Source: Squalus acanthias
Lineage: Eukaryota
Direction: 5' to 3'
NCBI GenBank assembly: GCA_030390025.1
Contig: CM059432.1
Location: forward strand, 74,464,001-74,528,000
DNA length: 64,000 bases
Both the position numbers and the translations under genes were made by a program. Under the pieces are notes generated by a model. That model did not search any database. It worked only from the letters and a program-made list of their open reading frames with translations, and was not told where the DNA came from. Positions 1-11,757 of the stretch are shown here, piece after piece. Position 1 is the first letter of the stretch; each line of letters opens with the position of its first letter.

Positions 1-155
1 AGGTCCTCTTCCCTTCCGATGGACGGAAGAGACCTCCCCAACAGACCAAAAGAGCCTGGCTCCAAATAGCAGAGGAGGTCAACAGCAGGGATATGGTGAG
101 GAGGACCTAGGTGCAGTGCCGCAAACGTTTCAATGATCTCATTAGAGCAGGAAAG
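1..155 (+). pseudogene. Harbinger Myb/SANT-like DNA-binding protein, exon 1 remnant
   Basis: Translates VLFPSDGRKRPPQQTKRAWLQIAEEVNSRDMVRRT*VQCRKRFNDLIRAGK, then GTGAGT donor at 156. Acceptor at 492-493 is followed by EKRA, as in the 47045 copy. Confidence 0.8.
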
Positions 156-508
156 GTGAGTACAAAGCCACACTCAACTTCAGCCTGCTATGCCTCTCAT
201 CACAACCCCATCACTCTGCCTTCCCAACCCTACTCCTGCACATCCTTACACCAACATACCTTGCACGTCCACCCATCCCTCTCTCTATCTACATTATCAA
301 ATCCCCATCTGACTAACCACCCCTCACACTCACCCTCACCCTAGTGCAATCATACCAACTAACAACACACGAGGAGGCCACTTGGCATTGGCACTCCACT
401 CCATCATAGTCACCTGCTAAAGATGTAACCCATCCATTCCTTACACTCATTCCATCAGTCTCACTCAACCTTCTCTTCTTTCCCTCCTGGAAGGAAAAGA
501 GAGCCGCT

Positions 509-810
509 CCTCTGGGCTGCAGGTCTTGCTCCAGTAATCTGCAAATGTCTGCGATGACCTGGCGTGATAGCCTGAGCCTCCTTTGGCACTGCTGCTCCAT
601 CATGTTGAGGAAGCTCATCCTCTGCCTCTATACACTGTGTTGGGGGTATAGCCTCTGGCGCGGGGCAGTCCTGCGCTGATGCCCTCTGTCCTGTGCAGCA
701 TCAGGTGGTTGAGGAGAAGGTTGGTGGTGTTGTTGTTGGTGCTGCTGGTGTTGGGGCTCATCGTGGTCCAGTTCTGAGGACCAAGGTGAGACAGTATAAA
801 CGGCACCCAT
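509..810 (-). pseudogene. Harbinger transposase N-terminal remnant
   Basis: MGAVYTVSPW...YPQHSV and [35 protein letters not shown], homologous to the other copies; truncated before the DDE core. Confidence 0.8.
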
Positions 811-1330
811 TATGATGTAATAGATGGCAGGTCAAGTAGAGATGACAGAAGCTATCTGCCAGTGGTGTGATAGGCTCTACCAATGAGGTGACAGTGGATC
901 CCGACTTTGCTGGAAACACTTGCAACCTCTACAAAGTTAAATCTGTGCTGACAAAGCACTCAGCAACAGCATCTGCTTTAGGAAAGTGACCAGCTGTCAG
1001 GTGAGAGTTTTTATTGTACTTTTCATGCTGTGCACTAATGAGGTGTATCAATGGCCACTGAACTTCCACCTCAGGTTCACAGACGTGGTTCCTGTGCTGC
1101 GTGATTCCAGTGCTCATCCAGTGAAATTTGAAAGGTAGGGTTAAAAAGACGTTGAAGGGTCTGACAAGTACCTCATAATGATCTCAATTACTTTATCCGC
1201 TTTTGCCGTTCGGGTCGCTGGCAAACGCGCCCGAGGGAAAGACGCATGGGGGCAGGATAATGGCGGGTTCCCGACCCGCTCCAAGGTTTTTCAAATTTCC
1301 CTCTCGCACAGACCCCAGAAAATTCCGGCC

Positions 1331-1450
1331 ATAATCTAGGCTGAAACTTAAATGCAGTATTGAGGGAATGCTACATTATTGGATGTGCCATCTTTCAGAT
1401 GAGAAATTAACCTGAGGCTCCATCTGTCTGTTCCGCTAAATGCAAAATAT
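1331..1450 (+). mobile_element. Deu-domain SINE fragment (target of the Harbinger insertion)
   Basis: ATAATCTAGGCTGA...GAGGGAATGCT...GATGAGAAATTAACCTGAGG matches the SINE body at 13533-13760. Confidence 0.6.
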
Positions 1451-2386
1451 GTACTGGATCTGGATCATTCAACTGTGATTTGTTCCCACCTTGAGAGTCA
1501 CACGTTGTACTTATTGGTTTTAGAAAAAGCTTGCATTTTTCACAATTCTGTAAAATACAGTGATTTGTCTTCCCAATATATTCCTCTGCTCAGTTTAATC
1601 TCTGGTGATTATAGTGGAAAGATAACTAGCTATTGAATTGCAGCTACCTTGAAGCCCCTAATTAAGACCAGACAATACCTGTTATTTACTAAGATGTAAG
1701 GGGTGCTCTTGCTAATAATCCTCCCCTACTTTGCGATACCATAAACTAATTTAATAATGACTGACTTGTGAGTGACACACAAATTGTTAGTAAGAATGTA
1801 TCAATGGCAGAAATGTTTCATTAAGCAATAATAGTCACAGTGGGATGGATATTCAAGGCGATAATATGGGCAAAGCTAAATGCTAAGCCTGAGATAATAC
1901 TTGGCATATAGATATCCTGAGTGCACCTACCCTGCAGTGATTACTGCTTTCTGAAGCTGGTAGAAACACATCTTCCAAAAGCTTGGCCAGTGTATCAGAA
2001 GATTATATTGAAATAAAACCTGTCTATATTTAAATTACTTCATTGTCTTAGCACTTCATATTAAGATAGTATTACACTGTAATTATTTATCTTAGCTTTG
2101 GTCCTTTCTTTTTTATAGCTTCTCTATATTAGTCGTTCAGGGTTTTTTCATACTTTAGGTTCTGGTTCCTGACCAATATCTGTATAGAACAGTCTGGGAA
2201 CAGCAGGCCCAAGTTATACTGTCACCTTTGGAAATAAAGAAAGAACTTGATAAAATGAAGATCTGTGCACGCTTACCAAAACTATTTCATGTTGATACAA
2301 ACTGTGTAATATGACAATAGTTTCTTATTGCCTTTCTTCACAGAGTTTAAAGTAGTGTTTCTACAGTAAATCAGTATTAATTAGAT

Positions 2387-2496
2387 AGCAAAATACTGCG
2401 GATGCTGGAAATCCGAAATAACAACAGAAAACGCTGGAAAAACTCAGCAGGCCAGGCAGCATCCGTGGAGTTTTTCCAGCGTTTTCTGTTGTTATT
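2387..2496. mobile_element. Penelope-like pLTR fragment with inverted 5' end
   Basis: Homologous to the Penelope terminus at 55140-55193. 16-bp TSD TCAGTATTAATTAGAT (2371-2386, 2497-2512). 31-bp perfect inverted repeat at 2415-2445/2468-2498. Confidence 0.8.
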
Positions 2497-2814
2497 TCAG
2501 TATTAATTAGATTGTTTTCGCAGTCTGATATGAAGAAATAACATCGAAAAAGCCAGAAACACACATCAAGTAACTCAGTTCCTGAAGGAGAAAGAGAAAG
2601 ACAGGTTAATGTTTCAGGTGGAATCTATAATCAGAAGGGGTTTCTGGGAGACTAACAAAACACAGAATGGCGTTGGATATTCAGTTCAACATCAATACAA
2701 TCAAACATCACTGTCACTTTGAAACGGGTTAAGTTGGACCTTGGTAAGAAGAAACCTGTAACTGGTGTGAATTGAGATGTAGATCCTGTAACTGTTCCAC
2801 TTTCTTCACCATTT

Positions 2815-3100
2815 CCAGTTTGAGTTTAAATTAAATTAAAAAGCTGGTGTCCATAAAAGTGACTATGAAGCTGTCGGATTGCTTCAAAAACCCAACTGGT
2901 TCAATAATTTCCTTTAGGGAAGGAACCCTGATGCCCTTGCTTGTTCTGGCTTACATATGACTCCAGTCCCACAACAACCAAGTTGAATCATAACTGTCCT
3001 CTGAAGTGGACAATTTCAACTTCCCTTCTCAGGGAAACTAAGGATGGGCAATAAATGTCAGCCTTGCCAGCAATGCACACATCCCTAGAATGAATAAAAA
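2815..3100 (+). mobile_element. SINE sharing body and 3' tail with the LINE at 6716-9985
   Basis: 2838-3009 aligns to 6831-6999 and 3024-3100 aligns to 9903-9980. A-rich end. 5' boundary approximate. Confidence 0.8.
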
Positions 3101-3106
3101 CACAGT

Positions 3107-4210
3107 GGGCAGGATTTTAACTTGCAGGCAGGTAGGGAGCAGGGGTGGGGCGGGGGGTTGTGGGGGTGGGGGCGGGGGTGGCTGGATTGCGGTTGGGAAA
3201 CTAGGGAGAGTGATTTTCCCTCCAGCCCTGCCGAATTTAGCGGCAGGGACTGATTAAAATTTTTTTGATTGAGAGGCTGGCTGGCTGTCGGCAGGGTGGT
3301 CTGTGGCACCAAGCTGCAGCCAGGGAGCAGAGAAGAGGGAGGGAGGGATCGGAGGCTGGGTTTGGGGGGGGTGGGGGGGGGGGTCGGAAGACTGGGATCA
3401 GAGGGGTTGGAAGCCCATGATCGGTGGGGGAGGTTGGAGATCAAGGGGGTTGGAAAGCCGGGATTGAGGGGTGTTGGAGATTGGGGTGGGGGGGGGTATG
3501 TGTCAGACGGCCGGGATAGGAGGGGGTCAGAGATCGGGGTGGGGGTCAGAAGGCCAGCATTGATGGGCTGGAGGTGGAGGCGGGGACAGGGGATCGGAAG
3601 ACCAGGGGGCGCGGGTAGTTGGAGGCTGGAGATGGGGTTGGGGCTGGGGATCAGATGGCCGGACTGGGGGTCGGAGCCGAGGATCGGAAGGCCGGAGGGG
3701 TGTTGGGGTTGGGGGCCGGGGATCGGAAGGCTGGCGGGGGGTTTGGAGCCCCAGGATCGTAGGCCGGGGAGCAGAATGCCAGAGGGGGGATCGGAGGTCT
3801 CGTTGGGGGGGGTGGTTGGAGGCCTCGGGAGGGGAGGTCAGGGGGAGATTGGAAGGGTTGGGGGGGTGTCCGATCGTGGGGGGTTGGCGAGGCAGGGCGC
3901 TGGATCCAGCAGGTAAGTGGAGAGGCAATTACCTCCTGGATCCAGCAGTCCTCGCCTTCGTTTAGCTCCCGAGACCCGGACACCCAGCCGCCCAGAGTTA
4001 AATTTGAAAGGTAGATTCAAAATGAGGCACATAGCCTCATTATAATATTTAAAGCGCCAACCCACCTCCTGTCTGCCCGCCCCTGTCCCGCGTCCATTAA
4101 AACCGGAAGTAGGCGGGTTGAGGTCGGGATTCAGATTTCTACTTTAACCTCACACCCATCCCAAGCCCGCCCATTTTTTGGGGTTAAAATCCCGCCCCCC
4201 TGCCACCCCC
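3107..4210. mobile_element. Non-autonomous Harbinger-type element (MITE) with G-rich interior
   Basis: TIRs GGGCAGGATTTTAAC and GTTAAAATCCCGCCC (ends 4197). AGT at 3104-3106 and 4211-4213, with a short C-rich extra segment at the right end. Confidence 0.65.
3340..3900 (+). repeat. G-rich degenerate tandem array (GGGATCGGAAG-type units)
   Basis: Repeated GGGGATCGGAAG(N)CCGG-like motifs separated by G runs; strong strand bias. Confidence 0.8.
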
Positions 4211-4300
4211 AGTAGATCAGTTAGCATCTGAAAGAGAAAAGGGTAGTTTAGTATTTCACATAGAAACAATGTCAGGCAGAGGGTCCCTCCCTTAATTGTT

Positions 4301-4826
4301 TAGGGAGGGAATTCCAGAGCTTAGGGCCTTGGCAGCTGAAGGCACGGCCACCAATGGTTGAGTGATTAAAATCAGGGATGCTCAAGACGGCAGAATTAGA
4401 GGAGAGCAGGTATCTCGGGGGGGGGGGGGGCAGGAGGAGATTACAGAGAAAGGGAGGGGCGAGGCCATGGAGGGATTTGAAAACAAGGATGAGAATTTTA
4501 AAATTGAGACGTTGCTTAACTGGGAGCCAATGTAGGTCAGCGAGTACAGGGGCGATGGATGAACGGGACTTGGTGCGAGTTAGGACACGGGCAGCCAAAT
4601 TTTGGATGACCTCAAGTTTATGTAGGGTAGAACGTGGGAGGCCAGCCAAGAGTGCATTGGAATAGTCAAGTCTAGAGGTAACAAAGCCATGGATGGGGGT
4701 TTCAGCAGCGGATGAGCTGAGGCAGGGGCGGAGATGGGCGATGTTATGGTGGTGGAAATAGGTGGTCTTAGTTATGGCGTGGATAACTCATTTCAGGATC
4801 AAATATGACACCAAGGTTGTGAACAC
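4301..4826 (-). mobile_element. L2 LINE 3' fragment
   Basis: LEVIQNLAARVLTRTKSR..PVLADLHWLPVKQRLNFKILILVFKSLHGLAP is a typical L2 ORF2 C-terminus. Confidence 0.85.
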
Positions 4827-4900
4827 AGCACAACACCAACATTGAAATGATGGCGCAACCCCATGCTGCATAACATAAATTGACTTTCTCGTATTTACAG

Positions 4901-4949
4901 CTTCCGTATTCAGTTTATCCGTCTATAAACACACACATCAATTCAATAC
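4901..4949 (+). other. Candidate small host exon
   Basis: Acceptor TGACTTTCTCGTATTTACAG, donor GTAAGT at 4950, two open frames; no recognised homology. Confidence 0.25.
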
Positions 4950-5328
4950 GTAAGTACTTTTCTTATGCTCCAGGAGACCACTATGATAACACTGAGTGAT
5001 TGCGATTGAAATATAGGCTAATGCATGTTTCTAATCTATTAATTAATAGATTTTGATATTGATCTAACAAAAAGGTTCAGGAAAGCCACTGGTGACATTT
5101 GAAAACATTGAATACATAAATAAAGAAATCTCAGTGACATGCCATGAAATCTAGGAAAATGACTTAGAGCCCGAAATTCTGTAATGTTCTTATATAGTGC
5201 AAAAGTGCTTGTAGTTCCAATTTACAAAGCCAGAATTTGGAGTGTAAGTCAGATACACCAGAGTTATATGCTAAAATGCTAAATTCCCGTGGAACTGGGT
5301 GCCAGCAGAAGATGCCTCCAAAGTGATG

Positions 5329-5470
5329 CATAGAAATACAAAGTTGTTACAGCACAGAAACAGGCCATTCGGACCAACTAGTCCATGTTGGCATTTACAC
5401 TCTACCCGAGCAAATAGATCTAATTATATTTACCCAACCTGTTCCCATATCCCTTCAACCCCTTATCCTT
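5329..5470 (-). mobile_element. CR1-type 3' tail fragment
   Basis: CATAGAA...TACAGCACAGAAACAGGCCATTCGG matches the CR1 tail at 30330-30370. Confidence 0.6.
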
Positions 5471-5825
5471 CAGTGTTGCATATTTGCAAATGACAGAATT
5501 ATGAGGGAAAAACCTACTGTCCTAGAAGTTTTGCCATTTATGCCAGAATTGCACATGATTTAACTTAAGCAGGTGGAGAAAAGAGGTAAGTTACAAGCAT
5601 GACTTGTCAAAGCAGGAAGTGGCTGACTTCACAGGCTTTAACCGTTGACAAACTTTGTCTGAAATAACAGCTTTGAATGAAGCAATTTGAAAAATCTTCT
5701 CTGTGCTGCTGAGAAAGGATTCTGCAAACTGCCTTTCAGCAGTTTCAGACAGGGAAATCTTTTTCTTCCCACGCTTCTGTCATGGAGCACTTACCATGGG
5801 GATCAACATAATCATTCCCATAAAT

Positions 5826-6000
5826 GATGGAGCAAGAACAGGAGAAGGAAGAGGAGGAAATGATAGCAGCAAGCAGGGTGAGGCTAACCCAAAGGAGAAG
5901 AAGACCAACGAGGACTCCACCAGAGTCTACAGACCACAACACTCCCTTGTGACTATCAGAAGAAACCTGCACAAGGGGCCAACGATTCATTGAGGAAGCA
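5826..6000 (+). pseudogene. Degenerate Harbinger transposase N-terminus
   Basis: Acidic/Arg-rich stretch then RVYRPQHSL..(S)EETC..RF, resembling the [17 protein letters not shown] start of the other transposases. Confidence 0.4.
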
Positions 6001-6136
6001 CGGAAGGATCTGTGTGTCCCATGGGAAACTGACCTCCAAACATCCTCTCAAACACAAGGTGGTTTTATTGTGCACATAGATATTTACATATCATGTGGGA
6101 AGATACAGTTCCTGATGCCGAAGTACTTGAGGAAGC

Positions 6137-6426
6137 GACAACAATAACGTGTATTTATGCAGCACCTTCAACGTAGTAAAACGTCCCAAGGCGCTTCACA
6201 GGAGTGTTATCAAAGAAAATTTGACACCGAACCACATAACAGGTTATTAGGGCAGAAAATAGGTAGGTTTTCAGGAGGAAAGAGAGGTAGAGAGATGGAG
6301 AGGTTTAGAGAGGGGAATTCCAGAGTTTAGGGCCTCGGCAGCTGAAGGCACAGCCGATATGGTGGAGCAATTAAATCGGGGCTGCGTAAGAGGCCAGAAT
6401 TGGACGAGTACAGATATCTTGGAGGG
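6137..6426 (-). mobile_element. L2 3' terminus
   Basis: Reverse complement of the L2 tail CCTGTGAAGCGCCTTGGGACGTTTTACTACGTT..; overlaps sequence shared with 4301-4420. Confidence 0.8.
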
Positions 6427-6716
6427 CCCCACCATAATATACTTTTTCCCCAGTGAAAACTATTTTAGTTCTCTGCATTTCTCCTCATAACTTAGAGCCT
6501 CAAGACCTAGAACCATTTTTGCTACTCTTGTCCAATATATCAAGGTGGAAAGCACAACATTGCAAGTAATATTTACAGGATTAAAATAATTTGTTTTTAG
6601 CTTTATTTAAATACCTTCGAAACACATCCACATACTTGATAAGCCCTGATACGAGCAGCTTTATAATCACTAGACAATTTCAGTAAATAGTCAATAATCT
6701 CATCCCTCTGGCTTTG

Positions 6717-6787
6717 GGGCATAGTGGTTATGTTACTGGACTAGTAATCCAGAGGCCTGAACTAATGATCCAGAGAGTTCAAATCCC
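6717..6787 (+). promoter_or_regulatory. tRNA-derived Pol III internal promoter (A box, B box)
   Basis: A-box-like GGCATAGTGG; anticodon stem-loop CTGGA-CTAGTAA-TCCAG (6736-6752, AGT anticodon); B box GAGTTCAAATCCC (6775-6787). Confidence 0.75.
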
Positions 6788-7079
6788 ACCATGGGGAATT
6801 TAAATTCAGTTAATTAAATAAATCTGGAATAAAAAGCTAGTATCAGTAATGGTGACCATGAAACTATTGGATTGTCGTAAAAACCCATCTGGTTCACTAA
6901 TGTTCTTTAGGGAAGGAAATCTGCCATCCTTATATCTGGCCTATATGTGACTCCAGACCCACAGCAATGTGGTTGACTCTTAACAGCCCTCTGAAATGGC
7001 CTGGCAAGCCACTCAGTTATATATAACCGCTACGAAAAACAATAATAAGAATAAAACCAGATGACCACCCGGCACGACC

Positions 7080-9869
7080 TTGGCACCAGCTTCGGACACG
7101 ACAACGGTATATCCAGCCCATCGACACTGCAAAGTCCTCCTCACTAACATCTGGGGATTTGTGCCAAAATTGGGAGAGCTGTCCCACAGACTAGTCAAGC
7201 AACAGCCTGACATATTCATACTCACAGAATCATACCTTTCAGTCAATGTCCCAGACTCCTCCATCACCATCCCTAGGTATGTCCTGTCCCACTGGCAGGA
7301 CAGACCCACCAGAGGTAGAGGCACAGTGGTATACAGTCGGGAGGGAGTGGCCCTGGGAGTCCTCAACATTGACTCCGGACCCCATGAAGTCTCTTGGCTT
7401 CAGGTCAAGCATGGGCAAGGAAATCACCTGCTGATTACCACCTACCGCCCTCCCTCAGCTGATGAATTGATATTCCTCCATGTTGAACACCACTTGGAAG
7501 AAGCACTGAAGGTAGCAAGGGCACAGAAGGTGGAGGACTTCAATGTCCATCACCAAGAGTGGCTCGGTAGCACCACTACTGACTGAGCTGGCTAAGTCCT
7601 GAAGGACATAACTGCCAGACTGGGCCTGTGGCAGGTGGTGAGAGAACCAACATGAGGGAAAAACCTTCTTGACCTCGTCCTCACCGCAGATGCATTTGTC
7701 CATGACAGCATTGGTAGCAGTGACCACCGCACAGTCCTTGTGGAGATAAAGTCCTGTCTTCACGCTGAGGACACCGTCCATCGTGTTGTGTGGCACTACC
7801 ATCGTACTAAATGGGATAGATTCTGAACAGATCTGGCAGCTCAAAACTGGGCATCCATGAGGCGCTGTGGGCCATCAGCAGCAGCAGAACTGTATTCCAC
7901 CACAATCTGTAACCTCATGGCCCGGCATAGCCCTCACTCTACCATTATCATCAAGCCAGGGGACCAACCCTGGTTCAATAAGGAGTGTGGAAGAGCATGC
8001 CAGGAGCAGCACCAGGCGTACCTAAAAATGAGGTGCCAACCTGGGGAAGCTGCAACACAGGACTATATGCATGCTAAACAATGGAAGCAGCATACTAAAG
8101 ACAGAGCTAAGCGATCCCACAATCAACGGATCAAATCAAAGCTCTGCAGCCCTGCCACATCCAGTTGTGAATGGTGGTGGACAATTAAACGAGAGGAGGA
8201 GGCTCCATGAATATCGTCATCCTCAATGATGGTGGAGCCCAGCACGTGACTGCAAAAGACAAAGCTGAAGCGTTTGCAACCATCTTCCCCCAAAAGTGCT
8301 AAGTGGATGATCCATATCGGCCTCCTCCTGAGGTCCCCACCATCACAGAAGACAGTCTTCAGCCAATTCAAGTCACTCCACGTGATATCAAGAAACAACT
8401 GAGCGCACTAGATACGGCAAAGGCTATGGGCCCCGACAACATCCCGGCTATCGTGCTGAAGACTTGTGCTCCAGAGCTAGCCGTACCTCTAGCCAAGCTG
8501 TTCCAGTGCATCCACAACACTGGCATCTACCCGACAATGTGGAAAACTACCCAGGTATGTCCTGTCCACAAAAAGCAGGACAAATCTAATCCCACCCACT
8601 ACCGCCCCATCAGTCTACTCTCAATCATCACCAAAGTGATGGAAGGTGTCGTTGACAGTGATATCAAGCGCCACTTACTCACCAATAACCTGCTCACCAA
8701 TGTTCAGTTTGGATTCCGGCAGGGCCACAGGGCTCCAAACCTTATTACAGCGTTGGTCCAAACATGGACAAAAGAGCTAAATTTCAGAGGTGAGGTGAGA
8801 ATGACTGCCCTTAACATCAAGACAGCATATGACCGAGTGTGGCATCAAGGAGCCCTAGTAAAATTGAAGTCAATGGGAATCAGGGGAAAACTCTCCACTG
8901 GCTGGAGTCATACCTAACACAAAGGAAGATGGTTGTGGTTGTTGGAGATCAATCAACTCAACCCCAGGACATCACTGCAGGATTTCCTCAGGGCAGTGTC
9001 CTAGGCCCAACCATCTTCAGCTGCTTCATCAATGACCTTCCCTCCAGCATAAGGTCAGAAGTGGGGATGTTTGCTGATGATGACACAGTGTTGAGTTCCA
9101 TTCGCAACTCCTCAGATAATGAAGCAGTCCATGCCCGCATGCAGCAAGACCTGGACGACATTCGGACTTGGACTGATAAGTGACAAATAACATTCGCGCT
9201 GCACAAGTGCCAGGCAATGACTATCTCCAACAAGCGAGCGCCTAACCACTGCCCCTTGACAGTTAACAGCATTACAATCGCCGAATCCCCCACCATCAAC
9301 ATCCTGGGGGTCGGCATTGACCAGAAACTTAACTGGACCAGCCACATAAATACTGTGGCAACAAGTGCTGGTCAGAGGCTGGGTATTCTGTGGCGAGTGT
9401 CGCGCCTTCTGATTCCCCAAAGCCTTTCCACCATCTAACCATCTACAAGGCACAAGTCAGGAGTGTGATGGAATACTCTCCACTTGCTTGGATGAGTGCA
9501 GCTCCAACAACACTGAAGAAGCTCGACACCATCCAAGACAAAGCAGTCCGCTTGATTGGCACCCCATCCACCACCTTGAAAATTCACTCCCTCCACCACC
9601 AGCGCACCGTGGCTGCAGTGTGTACCATCTACAAGATGCACTGCAGCAACTCGCCAAGGCTTCTTTGGCAGCACCTCCCAAACCCGCGACCTCTACCACC
9701 TAGAAGGATAAGGGCAGCAGACGCATGGGAACACCATCACCTGCAAGTTCCCTTCCATGTTACACACCATCCTGACTTGGAAATATATAGCCGTTCCTTC
9801 ATCGTTGCTGGGTCAAAATCGTGGAACTCCCTGCCTAACAGCACTATGGGAGTACCTTCACCACATTGA
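7080..9869 (+). pseudogene. APE endonuclease-reverse transcriptase (frameshifted)
   Basis: [69 protein letters not shown]; several stops and frameshifts. Confidence 0.92.
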
Positions 9870-10865
9870 CTGCAGGGGTTCAAGAAGGTGGCTCACCACC
9901 ACCTTCTCAAGGGCAATTAGGGATGGGCAATAAATACTGGCCTTCCCAGAGACACCCACATCCCAGGAACGAATAATAAAAAAATAATTTCCTATTATAA
10001 TTGAGAGCAATTCATTGTGTACCTATGTTTCATGCTGCTCCAGTATGTATTACCTCACATTTATCCATACTAAACTCCATCTATTCTGCTTTAGCCTATC
10101 CACTAAATTCATACAGATCCTTTTGCATGCTAGCACATTACACTAGTTACTTGGTCACGTAACTTGATATCATCTTTATATATCATTTATGACTACTATA
10201 ACCAGGAGGACACATTAAGAACCAGAACAGATTTGATGGAATCCATCATCACTGCCCCAGGATGAAATTTCTTTTGTTAATAAATACATATCTAGAGTTT
10301 GCTGAAGAATCATTTCTTTCTGGAGTATGGCCACAGAAAAACTCTCAATGTAATTTGATTTTCATTGTCACCAAATTAAACTACAGGTTTCTTGCAATTG
10401 TGTTTTTTTGCTATCAGTCAACCACATTCTGGAAGTCAAGTTTGTAAATGTTCTGAAGGTTATAGCAGTAAGGAAAAAGTTGATAGGTCTCAGCAATCAG
10501 GCTCAGGAATAAAAATAAATAATTCTTAGAATATTACTTTTGTCTCTCTTCTCACCTTCCTGCCTATTCTCTCTTTAATGCCCCCATTCCTTCTTTCCTA
10601 TACATTTGTTGTTTGCTCAGACTTGTTTGAACAGATGGTTTACTGCAGGTGCAGTGAACCTTTACAAAAAGAAATCACACTTAGGAGTTAGAAACTGTTG
10701 TAGAGATGCTGCAGGATTAAACTGCCCAGCTATCATTTTAATTTATTTTATTTACCAATTTTTTGTACTGTTAGCTTGCAGTTGTAGCAAATGAAATCCT
10801 TATGCAAGGCAGAATGGTTTACTATGATGGTAAAAGGATGCATTTTTCTTGTAAGAAAATTGTAT

Positions 10866-11757
10866 GGGGGAGAAATTCAGTATCGCCCCATTTGGGGCGC
10901 AATTATCGGCCGGGCGCAAAGATTAGCACCTGGCGCTAATTATCGCCACCGACTGCAAACTTGACTTTTATCGCCCCTGGAGGTGATTGCAGCGCTAAAT
11001 CAGGCGCTTCACACCTGTCTTAAGGCGCAAAGGCCGAGGATCGAGGCGCTACCTCAGAGCGCTGGTGAAGCTCATGTAATGTCAGTCAGCAATGGAACAC
11101 ACACACAATGGCACGGGCCAGTTCTTAAAGGGGATGGTTAATCTTGCTTTCCATCCACATCCTGCTCATTGCAGCCTTGAATCTCGGCCTGGAGAGACCT
11201 GCACATCAAATGTGCTGGAAAGAACAATGGAGAGTACCAGGCAAAGAGCTCAGAGTGCAGCCCCCACAGTCTCTGCTAAATCGATACAAGGAATGGCAAA
11301 TCAAAATGAACCTGCAAAGTGCTGCTCAGTACCCAAAACTCCTTCACACAACGTTGAATCTCTCAGAAGTCTCTCCCTCTCTCTCTCAGAATGCGTAGTT
11401 CAAAAATGGCACCAACAATAAAAGGCAGGAAGCGGTCACCTTTAAATAACGCTCCCCCTTTCCCTTCATGACTGCAGAACGCTCCCCTCAACCTGTCGTT
11501 GCTAGCATCAGGCGGTAAGGCAGGGGGCGCCACTCAATATCCGCTCCGGGGCGATACCGGGGCGTTGCGCACTCGAGTGACGTCATGATCTGCTGGCGCA
11601 GGAGATTGTGGCGGTAGTGTTTAGTGCCGCCGCAAAATGTCTAGTTAATTTCGCGAGCGGCGCAAACTTCGCCGCGCCTGGGCGCTAGATGCTTTGCGCC
11701 CCATTAGCGCCCTCTTAAGGCGCTAACGGGAGGCGCAACCAACTGAATTTTCCCCCC
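10866..11757. mobile_element. Non-autonomous Harbinger element
   Basis: 16-bp TIRs GGGGGAGAAATTCAGT / ACTGAATTTTCCCCCC (near-perfect); TSD TAT (10863-65, 11758-60); CpG-rich subterminal GGCGC repeats. Confidence 0.85.

Larger units (their letters stand above)
1..1330. mobile_element. PIF/Harbinger DNA transposon, internally deleted, left end outside window
   Basis: Right TIR GAAAATTCCGGCC at 1318-1330 is identical to the terminus of the 47045-51397 element. Carries Myb/SANT (+) and transposase (-) remnants fused by a deletion near 505. Confidence 0.85.
6716..9985 (+). mobile_element. tRNA-headed CR1-group non-LTR retrotransposon lacking ORF1
   Basis: tRNA-like head and SINE body (6716-7018), APE endonuclease plus RT frames (7080-9869), 3' tail GGATGGGCAATAAAT...CACATCCC and A-rich end. 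Confidence 0.9.

Noticed and set aside
3269..3916. 215-aa Gly-rich ORF and its Pro-rich antisense ORFs
   Set aside because: Stop-free only because of the G-rich tandem repeat inside a MITE.
6716..6795. Functional tRNA-Thr gene
   Set aside because: No clear acceptor stem, an expanded variable region and no T-run terminator; it continues into a repeat body, so it is a retroelement head.
7013..9703. Numerous antisense and alternative-frame ORFs over LINEs
   Set aside because: Shadow ORFs of retrotransposon coding sequence with no independent motifs.
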